Assembly: GCF_006345805.1 (NCBI RefSeq)
Contig: NC_042998.1
Span: forward strand, 58,962,001-59,026,000
Length of the DNA: 64,000 bases
Reading direction: 5' to 3'
Source: Octopus sinensis
Lineage: Eukaryota
Positions 1 through 10,929 of this stretch are shown here, piece after piece; the stretch's first letter is position 1, and each line of letters begins with the position of its first letter. The notes under the pieces were generated by a model. That model saw only the letters and a list, made by a program, of their open reading frames with translations. It searched no databases and was not told the DNA's origin. The position numbers were made by a program, and so were the translations under genes.

Positions 1-723
1 GTTAACCGTCTCGAAGTAATCGACTAATCCTGTTCTTTTAAAATTGCCGTGCTTGTCCCTAAATTACAAACACCTATATCTAATCAATAATTGAGAGAAT
101 TGGCAGAATCGATTGATCATCCGAAAAATAACTTGCAATAGTTGTTCAAGCTGTTTGTACTCTGATAAAACGTAGTAACAGCCTAGTACTTACGCGATGA
201 AATCAATTCCGTTCCCCCTCTTCAAAATCGCTATCCTTGTGCCTAAACTAGAAATAATTACTTTCGGTCAAAAGGAAGCACGAATAAACTAGATTCAATC
301 AATTATTCTAGGGTCAGTCAATTATTCTAAGGTCAATCGTTTAAGGTCATTCCTGTAAAACTTGCCCCTGTCACTCGGCCGAATGATTTTCATTGTTTAT
401 TCATAATTTCGTATGAAGATATTGCATTTTAATTGTTATTAGATAGTCATAGACAGTTCTGCTGCATAAAATTCATTGAATAAAAGCAGGTTTCATGAGG
501 CGAAGTACTTAATCTGGTTCTCAATCTAAAGAAGTCAATTGAAAGTGATTTTAGAATCTCATGTGAGGTGCTTACATAATATATAAAAAAATCGTTGTTC
601 ATTTAACCTTTTATTATGTCATTGTTGTTCAGTTCAAGATCAGTTTTCATCATGCAAGAATGTGATGAAAGGCAAGTATCGGTGTGTCCTTCTCACCCTT
701 TTATTTTTTGGATATAATGTATA

Positions 724-1033
724 CAGTGATCTCTCGCTACTTCGCGGTTCAACTATCACGGATTCACGACTTCGCGGATTAAAAAAAGATATATATATAG
801 ACACCTAAAATCTTTCCTTAAATCTATTAAGATATTAATAATAAATATTATTTCCTAGTCTAGGAACAACAAAACAAGCGTAAAATAGCAAAAAAGCATA
901 TACAGAAGTATTTGAACTTCAGACGGGCTGTGATTGGTGCAATGGAGAGAGTGGACAAATCACAGCTTTCTATTTTGTAATCTGGCCTGTGATTGGTGCT
1001 TTGACCGATACTCAGATCCGCAGCATCTTTTCT

Positions 1034-1086
<53 letters not shown>

Positions 1087-2181
1087 GTCATTTCGCTTAA
1101 AGCTTTCTCGCCGAGTGGGTTACTGTACTACTGTACGCTGTGCTGCGTGTGATTCTTTTTGTTTGTTTGCGTTGAACTTTGCGTTTTAATCCCCTGCAAT
1201 GGCTCCCAAGGTAGAAGGCATTGCAAGAAATGAAGCCTGCTACCATTAACGCGAGCTGCAAAATTTTGTGGTCCGAGGTTATTTACGACGACAAGGGATT
1301 TACACCTGCCGAAATCCAACACTCCGCAGTACAGAAAGCTTTGCAGTTGGCTGCGATCACTGGAAGTGACACCTTTGCAGACGTGACCACGGGAGACATT
1401 GACGCGTTATTAGACTGCCACTCCCAGCCGCTAACAGACGCAGACCTCGAAGACTTGACAAAGTCGGCCAGCGAAGAAGAAGAAGAAGAAGAAGAAGAAG
1501 AAGAAGAAGAAGAAGAAGAAGAAGAAGAAGAAGAAGAAGAAGAAGAAGAAACGCAGCAAGAAACGGAAGAAGTTGTCGACCAAACTGGCTTGACTTTTGA
1601 ACGGCTGGCTAAGCTCTGCAACCTGGCTACAGAATTGAAAGAGGGGTCACAGGAATGGGACGACATGGTTCGTTCTGTGCAATTTTGCAACAAGTTGACG
1701 AAGACATGACTCCCTACAAGATGCTATTTGAACGGAAAAAGAAGCAGCATCAACTTCCTATCACAATGTTTTTGCAGTCTCGCAAAAGAGAGCCAGTTCC
1801 TGCTGCTACTAATACGGTTGCACCTTGGGAAGGAGTGGAAGAGGTGTTCCAGGAAAGGGCACCGCCGTTAGCTTCATCATCATCATTTCTACTGCGCAGC
1901 AAATTCATCACCATCATTATTCAAATTTTATTTCAACTTCTTTCATGTTGAGTACAGTAACAATCTTTATTTTTTTAAACTCAAAAGTGTTATTGTTTAA
2001 CAGTTGTCCTTGTTATTAATAGACTACTGTAATGAGTGGGTTGTTAATAGTACAGGGAGGGTTTTAAAAGTCCAAGTACACGTTAAATAAATACTGTAAA
2101 TATGGTGTCCCTACTTCGCAGAAATTCAGTTATCGCGGCCGGTCTCGGAACCAATGTACCGCGATAAATGAAGGATCACTG
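724..2181 (+). mobile_element. Tigger/pogo-family DNA transposon, internally deleted
   Basis: TA|CAGTGATCTCTCG at 722-736 and reverse-complement CAGTGATCCTTC|TA ending 2181-2183 (imperfect TIRs, TA TSD); carries a Tigger-like transposase C-terminus. Confidence 0.85.
1221..1709 (+). pseudogene. Tigger-type transposase C-terminal remnant with in-frame (GAA)n poly-Glu tract (1473-1550)
   Basis: KPATINASCKILWSEV...DKGF...FADVTTGDIDALLDCHSQPLTDADLEDL resembles the post-DDE C-terminus of TIGD1/Tigger transposases; N-terminal HTH and catalytic DDE absent. Confidence 0.75.
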
Positions 2182-2403
2182 TATTGGACTTCCTTCTTTT
2201 TTTTCAGGTACATAAAAGTATCCTTCCATTTTCCAGGTAGTACGCTGTGATTTGTAGGATATTTGGTTATTATATCTTGCAATTCGAAAGACCAAACTGG
2301 AGCTCCCAACAATATCCCATATATCCTATTATTTCTTGCTGATGTATTAATCGTTCTTTTCGCCAGTGATTTCCCGTACTACGCTAGGACCTATAGACAC
2401 TGG

Positions 2404-2527
2404 CGCGACTGCATGGTAAGAAACTTGCTTCTCAGGTTCAGTCCCACTGCGTGGTACCTTCAGTACCTTCTACTATAGACTTGGGGCGACCAAAGCTTTG
2501 GTAGGCAGAAATTGAAAGAAGTCCGCA

Positions 2528-2583
<56 letters not shown>

Positions 2584-2656
2584 AGAGTTTACGAAAAAAG
2601 AAACAAAAGACGAAGACAGGTGGTGTACAAAACAAACAGAAGTATTAGTATAACGC

Positions 2657-2710
<54 letters not shown>

Positions 2711-2935
2711 CACACACACACCACACGCGTGTGTGTGTGTCTGTGTTTATCGCCGCCATCACCGCTTGACAAGTGGTGTTGGTGTGTTTACGTCCCCCGT
2801 AACTCAGTCGTTCAGCAAAAGAGACTGATAGAATAAGTAAAAGGCTTAAAAATAAGTCCTGGTGTTGATTTCTTTGACTAAAACCCCTGAAAGCGGTGAT
2901 CCAGCATGGCCGCAGTCAAATGACTGAAACAAGGA
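2404..2935 (+). mobile_element. tRNA-derived bipartite SINE (family 1), degenerate, with internal (TA)n tract and nested fragment
   Basis: Degenerate head (ggtaagaaacttgct...ggttcagtcccactgcgtgg), TA tract, then tail half ending gcatggccgcagtcaaatgactgaaacaag. Confidence 0.75.
2581..2657 (-). mobile_element. 3' fragment of probable Penelope-like terminal repeat (same family as 32 kb and 62.8 kb copies)
   Basis: Reverse complement agcgttatactaatacttctgtttgttttgtacaccacctgtcttcgtc...gtaaactctccc matches 62915-62991; flanked by (TA)n. Confidence 0.75.
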
Positions 2936-3981
2936 AAAAAATAATAATAAACAAATAAAAGAATACCTTGTATATTATTTCAATATTTTAAGTTCAAAAT
3001 CTGTCAGGTTTGGCCATGACTTTTATCCTATTGCAGTGTTAAGAGATTTAGCGTGCATAACATTGAGAAGTCAGTTTCACTGTATATTATATAGCAAAAA
3101 CAGAACTGACCTAGTAAAAGAGAATCAATATCACGATGTAGTTGTCAAATGGTTGTTATTTAAATTCATTTCCAGTTGTTCGGACCAACATCTGTATATT
3201 GATGACCTAATCCTCATTAAATCTTCATCAAATAACCCAATAAGAAATGTCAATGAAGAAAGGTCAAGTCAAGAAACAGAGAATAGGAATTTAAAACAAT
3301 GTAATGAGATAAGAATGTATCAAAAATCAATACATTTCTACTTCAGAGTGACCTTATGTATAGCGAATAATGAAGAGTTAAGTGAAAATGTATTTGACTT
3401 CCGGTTCTTGACTCATGAGTTCAAATATGCCGTTGGTTTATTGCAGCGTTTTCACATTTTACAATGAATGCTACATTGATCTATTCAACTTGCTAATATC
3501 TATGAACTGCTCAGTTAATTTATTAAGTATTTAGTCAGAGAAAAAGTGATAGATCTCATGACTTTTAGAGGTCCTTCTATAATAGTAAAATAACTATTAT
3601 CTGGCACTGTTATGGTTGTTACTGTTGATTTCTGTTATCCTAAATCGGGGTTTACATGACCCTTAGGGGCCCGTATAAGATTTTGTTGTGAAAATTTATG
3701 TACAATATATTGATTATGCTTCTACGATTTTAATTTATTTTAAACAATTTCGGATGATATTTAATTATAAAAAAATGTTTTTTTATTTGTTTCAGTCATT
3801 TGACTGCGGCCATGCTGGAGCACCGTTTTTAGTCGAGCAAATCGACCCCAGGACTTACTTTTTGTAAGCCTAGTATTTATTCTATCGGTCTCTCTTGCCG
3901 AACCGCTAAGTGACGGGGACGTAAACACACCTGCATCGATTGTCAAGCGATGGTGAGGGACAACACGGACACACAAATACA

Positions 3982-4054
<73 letters not shown>

Positions 4055-4058
<4 letters not shown>

Positions 4059-4280
4059 AAACAAGTCAGAATAGAAAATGCTAAAATAATTTTATAAAGA
4101 ACATTTCAGTACCGGTTTCGGTCATTTTGAGACCTTTTCAACTGTAACGATTAAATAATTAAATTTAGAAAAATTAAAAGAAAAGTTTTTTTAAAGGATT
4201 ATTTGTATAGTGTTCAAATATAAGTGGCATTCTGCCTTTCTCTGTCTCCCTTGTTTGCACTTGTGTGTTCGAGGCTGTTG
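4055..4280 (-). mobile_element. Probable Penelope-like element terminal fragment
   Basis: Bounded by (TA)n on both sides; contains a minimal hammerhead motif; PLE assignment inferred from the HHR plus TA-tract context. Confidence 0.6.
4104..4147 (-). ncRNA. Minimal type I hammerhead ribozyme motif, U3-A8 core variant
   Basis: Minus strand: uuacag-UUGAAAA-GGUC ucaaaau GACC-GAAA-CCGG-UA^cugaaa; stem II 4 bp, palindromic ACCGGU stem III, GUA cleavage triplet, stem I cag/cug. Confidence 0.7.
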
Positions 4281-4809
4281 TATATATATATATATATATA
4301 CGACGGGTTTCTTTCAGAAGACCTGAGGCTATAGGAAAAAACACTTTACGAAATGCTAAGGAGTGGGACTGAACACGAAACCGCGCGGTTGGGAAGCAAC
4401 TTTCTACCACACTGCCACACTTGTTAACTATTATCAATTACGAAAATTAAGCTGGCAATATGATATTTGTGAAAGGTGTTTATTGACATTCTGTAATTCT
4501 GTTTTTCGTTTCAGTCACTAGGCAACGGTGATAGGATTTAATCAACCATACCAAACGTTTAGTCAACAATATATCGACCCTAGTAGATTTTGTGGTACTT
4601 ATATTATCGATCTCTATTTACCTGTTCACTAATTTCCGGAACATAAAAGAACAAATCTTCAACTGTGTAATTTACACCATTATAAAAATGTTGGTATAAA
4701 CATAACACCCACATACACACATGTGCTCATTTGTGTCTATATGTCTGTATACATACATATATCACTCTCTCTCTCTATTTATCTGTCTCACAGTTTGTCC
4801 GTCCATCTG

Positions 4810-4818
4810 GCTGTCTGT

Positions 4819-4914
<96 letters not shown>

Positions 4915-4964
4915 GTCAGTCAGTCAGTCAGTCAGTCTACCTACCTACCTACCTACCTACCTAC

Positions 4965-5046
<82 letters not shown>

Positions 5047-5056
5047 GTCTGTCTAT

Positions 5057-5104
<48 letters not shown>

Positions 5105-5110
5105 TATTCT
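4810..5110. repeat. (ATCT)n/(ACCT)n/(GTCA)n compound microsatellite
   Basis: Directly visible tetranucleotide tracts. Confidence 0.95.
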
Positions 5111-5640
5111 ATCTATCAGTTTATTTACCTATACGCTAACATGTCTGTTCATACTATGGTTACATATGCAAACACACACACACATATTAAATGTATCGTA
5201 AAGTATATTTGCTACTTAGATGGGGTTAACCCTTAAGGGTGGATGCTACTGTAGCTTGTAACCCCAGCGAGACACCTCATCCAGCTGGCTATTGACACAC
5301 TTTCTGTGCCCTATCAATATTTGCAAAGGGAAGCCATCCTTCCTATCTCCAACCTGACATGATACACACGGACCCGAGTTTATGGGTATATACCTCGCTC
5401 AGAAATTTATTATATATTAAATGTAGATATCTAAATATTCTTATACGACTTACGTCTGTTTGAGTATTACCTTAACACATCTCCCACTTACTATATTTAC
5501 GAAGATTATTACATTTGCAGCTCACAGCTCATTTCACTCCTTTCTCTTTCTCACTACTCATACTCTCTCCTTGCATACTTTATTACATATGCGATAATCT
5601 CTCTCTCTCTCTCTCATTGTCTCCCTTCTCCATTTTTCAT

Positions 5641-5852
5641 TCTATGTTACCGCGTGTGTGTATTGTTGGAGCTTTTTTTCACTCTGTCTTCCCTTCCTTG
5701 GATCTTTCCTTTTTTATGTTTTTGACGAAGAGCTCCGCTCGAAACGTTAAATCCTCCTTCTTTCTTTCCTTTCACGAGCGTCAATAACACTATTCTTATT
5801 CCACGTCCTCGCGTTGTTGTGCTTTCTCTTTGTGTTTTATGTTTGGATTAAC
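5641..5852 (+). mobile_element. Probable PLE terminal fragment (second family) with minimal hammerhead at 5718-5752
   Basis: guuu-UUGACGA-a-GAGC ucc GCUC-GAAA-C-GUU^aaau; ends gtttggattaacc|(TA)n; same 3' end recurs at 62457-62514. Confidence 0.65.
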
Positions 5853-5853
5853 C

Positions 5854-5906
<53 letters not shown>

Positions 5907-6089
5907 TACAAATACACACACACACACAATATATGCATACATTAACATATGTTTATATGAATAATATTTACATGTATTTTTATTTACTGTACATTTTTTG
6001 TAGTTGGAATATTTAGTTTCTATTCCGTCTCTATAGATTTGCATTTATAATAAGTATCATCTTATAAGTGTACTGTTAAGTTACACATT

Positions 6090-7135
6090 GCTTATATGTG
6101 TGTATGTGCTTATGCTTATTTGTGTGCATGTGTTGGTATGCATGGTGCTATTTATGTGCGTGCACTCATGCATCTATCTAAATATGCGAATAAACATGTA
6201 CATGCGAACGGACGTAGACGCGACGCATACAAGATTATACTTGTGTGTATGTATGTATGTATGGATGGATGGATGGATGGATGCATTTATGTGTATCATA
6301 TGTGTATGCTTGTATGTATGTGTATGTATGCGTATATATGTATGTATGTATGGTATGTATGTATGTATGTATGTATGTATGTATGTATGTATGTATGTAT
6401 GCATGTATGTATGTATGTATGTATGTATGTATGTATGTGTGTGTGTGTATGTATGTATGTATGTATGTGTGTGTGTATGTATGCATGTATGTATGTATGT
6501 ATGTATGTATGTATGTATGTGTGTGTGTATGTATGTATGTATGATGGGGGTGTGTAGTATGTATGTATGTATGTATGTAGTAGTATGTATGTATGTATGT
6601 ATGTAAAGATTATACTTGTGTGTATGTATGTATGTATGTAGGATGGATGGATGGATGCATTTATGTGTATGATATATGTATGCTTGTATGTATGTGTATG
6701 TATGCGTATATATGTATGTATGATGTATGTATGTATGTATGTATGTATGTATGTATGTAGTATGCATGTATGTATTATGTATGATGTATGTATGTGTGTG
6801 TGTATGTATGTATGTATGTATGTGTGTGTGTATGTATGCATGATGTATGTATGTATGTATGTAGTATGTTGTATGTGTGTGTGTATGTATGTATGTATGT
6901 ATGTGTGTGTGTATGTATGTATGATGTAGTATGGATGTATGTAGTATGTATGTATGTATGTATGTATGTATGTATGTATGTCATTAGGTTTTACTCCAAG
7001 GTTTCTTGGCAATAGAAAAAAGAATCATTTGCTAACCTAGATTCAAGGCTCCTTCATTGGAATTTCAACAACATCAAGAGAGTATTGTTGTATGTATGTA
7101 TGTATGTATGTATGTATGTATGTGTGCAGATTTAT
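6090..7135. repeat. (ATGT)n/(GT)n compound microsatellite with internal ~375-bp tandem duplication
   Basis: aagattatacttgtgtgtatgtatg...ggatggatggatgcatttatgtgtat block at ~6231 and again at ~6606. Confidence 0.9.
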
Positions 7136-7291
7136 ATGTTTTGTTTGATGTATGTATTTTCCTGCATATATTTGCATATCTAGATATGCTCATATATATT
7201 TAGATGATAAACTTCTGGAAAGTATGTATATATATATACATACATACATACACACACACACACACCAAACACACAACACACACATATATAG

Positions 7292-7334
<43 letters not shown>

Positions 7335-7354
7335 ATATATATATATACATATAT

Positions 7355-8063
7355 CCGATGGAGCGTTCAAAGACCCTTACATGACGTTTGTAAAGGGTCC
7401 ATGTCTCATATGAATAAAAGAGCGATGTCAGTACATACATATAGGCATACATACATAGACCCTTTACAAACGTCATGTAAGGGTCTTTGAACGCTTTCAT
7501 CGGAGATGTTTCAGACACATTCTTTAAATGTCGGCTGGACCTTAAAAACTTCAGACACACAGGTCCGGAGGACAGCTGATATTTTGCATATTGAGGCGAT
7601 GGTGGACAAACACCGGTTACGTCGGACTGGATACCTTATTAGAATGAAGGGGAGCTGGATCCCTAAGCAGATGCTATATGGGGAACTTGTTAATGAAAAG
7701 AGACCCCGAAAGAAACCTAGGCTGCGATTTAAGGACTGTGTGAAGTCCTCATTAAAGACCTCTGATTTGCATGAGATCGACTGGGAGAACAATGCTTGTC
7801 ATCGCCACTGATGGAGGAATCAGGTTAATGTTGGGGTCAACACCTTTGAGAAAGTACGTATTGTGCATGAAGAACTCAAGCGTACTACTCGAAAGCGCAC
7901 TGCTAGTGTAGTGAATGGGAACAGCTTGGTTGGCAATGTTTCCAGTCGTGTATGCTTGTCAATAGCAGGTCTCATTAGCCACCAGCGGAGCCGCAAATGC
8001 AAAATATAAGTTAGTCCTAGAGCGTACAATGTTTCTTAAGGTCAGCAATGGTCTTCTTCAGTC
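7355..8063 (+). mobile_element. RTE-clade LINE 3' end (5'-truncated) with inverted 5' segment
   Basis: HVRVFERFHRRCFRHIL...KQMLYGEL..KRPRKKPRLRFKDCVKSSLK...W...RVCLSIAGLISHQR (RTE RT C-terminus), stop at 8007-8009; 7355-7434 is an inverted upstream piece (LTSLFYSYETWTLYKRHVRVFER on minus). Confidence 0.9.
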
Positions 8064-8069
8064 ACACAC

Positions 8070-8713
8070 ATACATGTTTGTATGTACGTACGTATGTGTG
8101 TATGTATGTATGTATGTATGTATGTATGTATGTATGTATGTATGTATGTATGTATGTAGTTTGTATGTATGTATGTATGTATGTATGTTTGTATGTATGT
8201 ATGTATGTATGTATGTATATATGTATGTAGCTATGTGTGCTGGTATGAGTGTATGTATAGAAGCAAGTCTCAGAGTGTCCTGTAATCGTGTGTGTAAGCA
8301 CACCTATGAACGTATGTGTCTGTGTGTGTGCATTGTCTAGTATGTCATTGCATGTCAATGTATGCATTTATGTATGCGCATAAGTATATTTATTACACAA
8401 ACGTGTTCCATCTGACATCCACAACATGTTTTATCCGTGTGTTTCCAAAATTATCATCAGTAATCACAGCACATTTAAAGTATTGTGTAAAACGTTTGAA
8501 AATTTTCCGTTTATATACAACATAACCAATCCCCGCTAGTTGTTTACTAATTTGATGAGAACTCTGGAACGAAACTTTAGTGCCATGAATAACTAATGCA
8601 GTGCAGTATATTCAGTAAATAATGCATGCATACATACATGAACATATATACATATATGTATACATATATATATATATTATTATATATATCTATATATGCA
8701 TGTATATGTGTAT

Positions 8714-8750
<37 letters not shown>

Positions 8751-8775
8751 ATGTATATGTAGATATATGCATATG

Positions 8776-8806
<31 letters not shown>

Positions 8807-8961
8807 GTATATATATATATATATGTATATGTATATATATATGTATATGTATATATATATATATGTATATGTATATATATATGTATGTATATGTGTATAT
8901 ATATATGTATATATATATATGTCCATGTATATATATATATGTGTGTGTGTATATGTATATA

Positions 8962-8994
<33 letters not shown>

Positions 8995-9010
8995 GTGTGT
9001 GTATATGCAT
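8070..9010. repeat. (ATGT)n and long degenerate (TA)n/(TATG)n tracts
   Basis: Directly visible; source of the YIYI/MYVC-type spurious ORFs. Confidence 0.9.
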
Positions 9011-9767
9011 AGGTGCATGCACACATATGCATATGAAATGTCTGCTGATTCAATTTAGGATATTATCCAGAACGTTAATGAAAACATGGAAATATGACAG
9101 TGAAAGAAGAAAGAGAAAAAAAATTCAGGTAAGAATTTGATTTGATTCACAGTATAAACAATGAAAGATAATGGAAGTTGAAAATGAAGTGAGTATATTT
9201 CCAGAAATAAGAACCACTGTAATCACATTACAGTCTTATCAATTAAGATTTTATTTTTAATTAAGATTTAATAATCGATTCTTTTTTTATTAATTTATTC
9301 TTATCAACTATATTAATGATGTTCGGAAGAGCCATAAACAGTTAGATTGTGTTGAACAAAAGACATACATTATGGAAATAGAATGCAAGCAGAATAAGAG
9401 ATATCCATCTATAAAATCTGGTTGTTTTCAAAGAACACAATAAGAGTTATTTAAAAGGGAACGTTGTTAAAGCACCAAAGATGAGAATTTTCACTTTCAG
9501 ATTATTGTTGTTGTTTTTTTTGTGCATTTTATTTGCGTATTTTTGATATTAGGTTTTTGTTTGGTATTTGGAAATTTACATAAATAGTACTGAAGGAATT
9601 TTTGTAAACTCTGAAATAACAAAACTTGAAAGAAAATATTGAGTGAAAATAGGCGAAAAATTAAAGCAAAGTCAACAAAAATTTGAACATGAATTGAAAT
9701 TCAGTAAAATTAATTAAATTTTAGTAATATAATTTTAATTTATTTTCGAACTTTCAAATAAAATTTC

Positions 9768-9807
<40 letters not shown>

Positions 9808-10008
9808 AAGTATTTTTGCCTCTTGGCTGAGACAGCTGTAAGTTATTTTCCCAATTTATATCCATGTATGTTATATTGTAATAATTACTGGTATCTTTAT
9901 ATATTAATATATCTTATATCTTATATGTAAATCATGATAGGTTGACATAATATAATGTCTAAAAGTTGATGAACCACCTATTGATCCCCTCCATTTTCTT
10001 ATTGCTCT

Positions 10009-10107
<99 letters not shown>

Positions 10108-10115
10108 CATATATA

Positions 10116-10330
10116 TAACCTATATCTGCCTCTAATGGAACTATCTCCAATATTTCATGAGTATAACCTCACCCACTAAGATGTCTAGAGAACTCAATGT
10201 ATTTTAGCTGATGAGTACAGGACACTTTTATCTGCTGCAATTTTTGCAACTTGTAATAAAGCCTGTCTTTGTATGAAACAATTGTACTAAAAACCAATCC
10301 ATTCTTGTTGCTTCTTTCTCGTATATTTAC
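10116..10330 (+). mobile_element. Probable PLE terminal fragment (third family)
   Basis: Between (TA)n tracts; carries a canonical hammerhead; short upstream frame ending ...SRELNVF* is reminiscent of PLE ORF ends (weak). Confidence 0.55.
10202..10292 (+). ncRNA. Canonical type I hammerhead ribozyme motif with extended stem II
   Basis: UUUUAG(10202-07)-CUGAUGA(10208-14)-GUACAGGACA...UGUCUUUGUAU(-10274)-GAAA(10275-78)-C AAUU GUA^(10286)-CUAAAA(10287-92); 6-bp stem I, all core nucleotides intact, palindromic ACAAUUGU stem III. Confidence 0.85.
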
Positions 10331-10929
10331 ATATATATATATACGTATATACATATGTATGTAGATATGTATATATATAAACAGACACTCGCATGCATAC
10401 ACCCATTCACTCATACACACCAGCACACGCATACACTTTGATATTCATATTCTAAAGTGAGTTTTTTTTTTCAATTTCTTTCTCTATATTACGAAACAAC
10501 ACAATTTTATAGGAATGAAAAATTAAAACAAAAACTGACAACTTGACTGAAAATTCATGCTGTAAAAGAATATTTTAATATTCTATTGTGTTTGGGGAGA
10601 ATAATTTTATTTTTGTACCTTTTAATTTAATACTCTCGCCAGTAGAATTTCCACTTATTTCTTATTTTTTACTTTCCTAAAATTTTCCTTGCGTCTTGCA
10701 ACCATTTCAATAGTCAAGACTATTGACTAAAAACGAAAATTTTAGGAAAATAGAAATATGAAATAAGTGGAAATCTTACCGGTGAGTGTGTTAAATTATA
10801 AGCCACAAAAAGAAAATGACTTTCCCCAGAGACAACAGAATATGCTTCAACACACGAACTCGCATTAAGAATCTTGCAAACCAAATCCCAAAACGAAATA
10901 TTTTAATATTTTAAAAGAAATTTACTTAC

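Larger units (their letters stand above)
3781..4418 (-). mobile_element. SINE family 1 copy interrupted by a PLE-like fragment in its internal microsatellite
   Basis: Tail half 3781-3960, (CA)n(TA)n, insert 4055-4280, degenerate head 4291-4418. Confidence 0.8.

Noticed and set aside
3036-3467. 143-aa ORF
   Set aside because: No recognisable domain, non-ATG start, AT-rich composition; likely a chance ORF.
6231-6990. Tandem duplication of a compound microsatellite block (smaller one at 18545/18705)
   Set aside because: Low complexity; ordinary slippage or an assembly artefact is sufficient.
8020-8065. Hammerhead-like CUGAAGA...GAAAC AUU GUA on the minus strand at the RTE 3' UTR
   Set aside because: Stem I and stem II do not pair at the junction.
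4721-9140. Many long ORFs such as [22 protein letters not shown] (also at 12, 21, 25-26, 43, 47 and 61-63 kb)
   Set aside because: Translations of di- and tetranucleotide microsatellites that lack stop codons; no coding signal.
1-10900. Second coding exon of ADRA1 (TM7, WLGY.NS..NP..Y)
   Set aside because: Searched by eye on the minus strand and not found; presumed left of the window.
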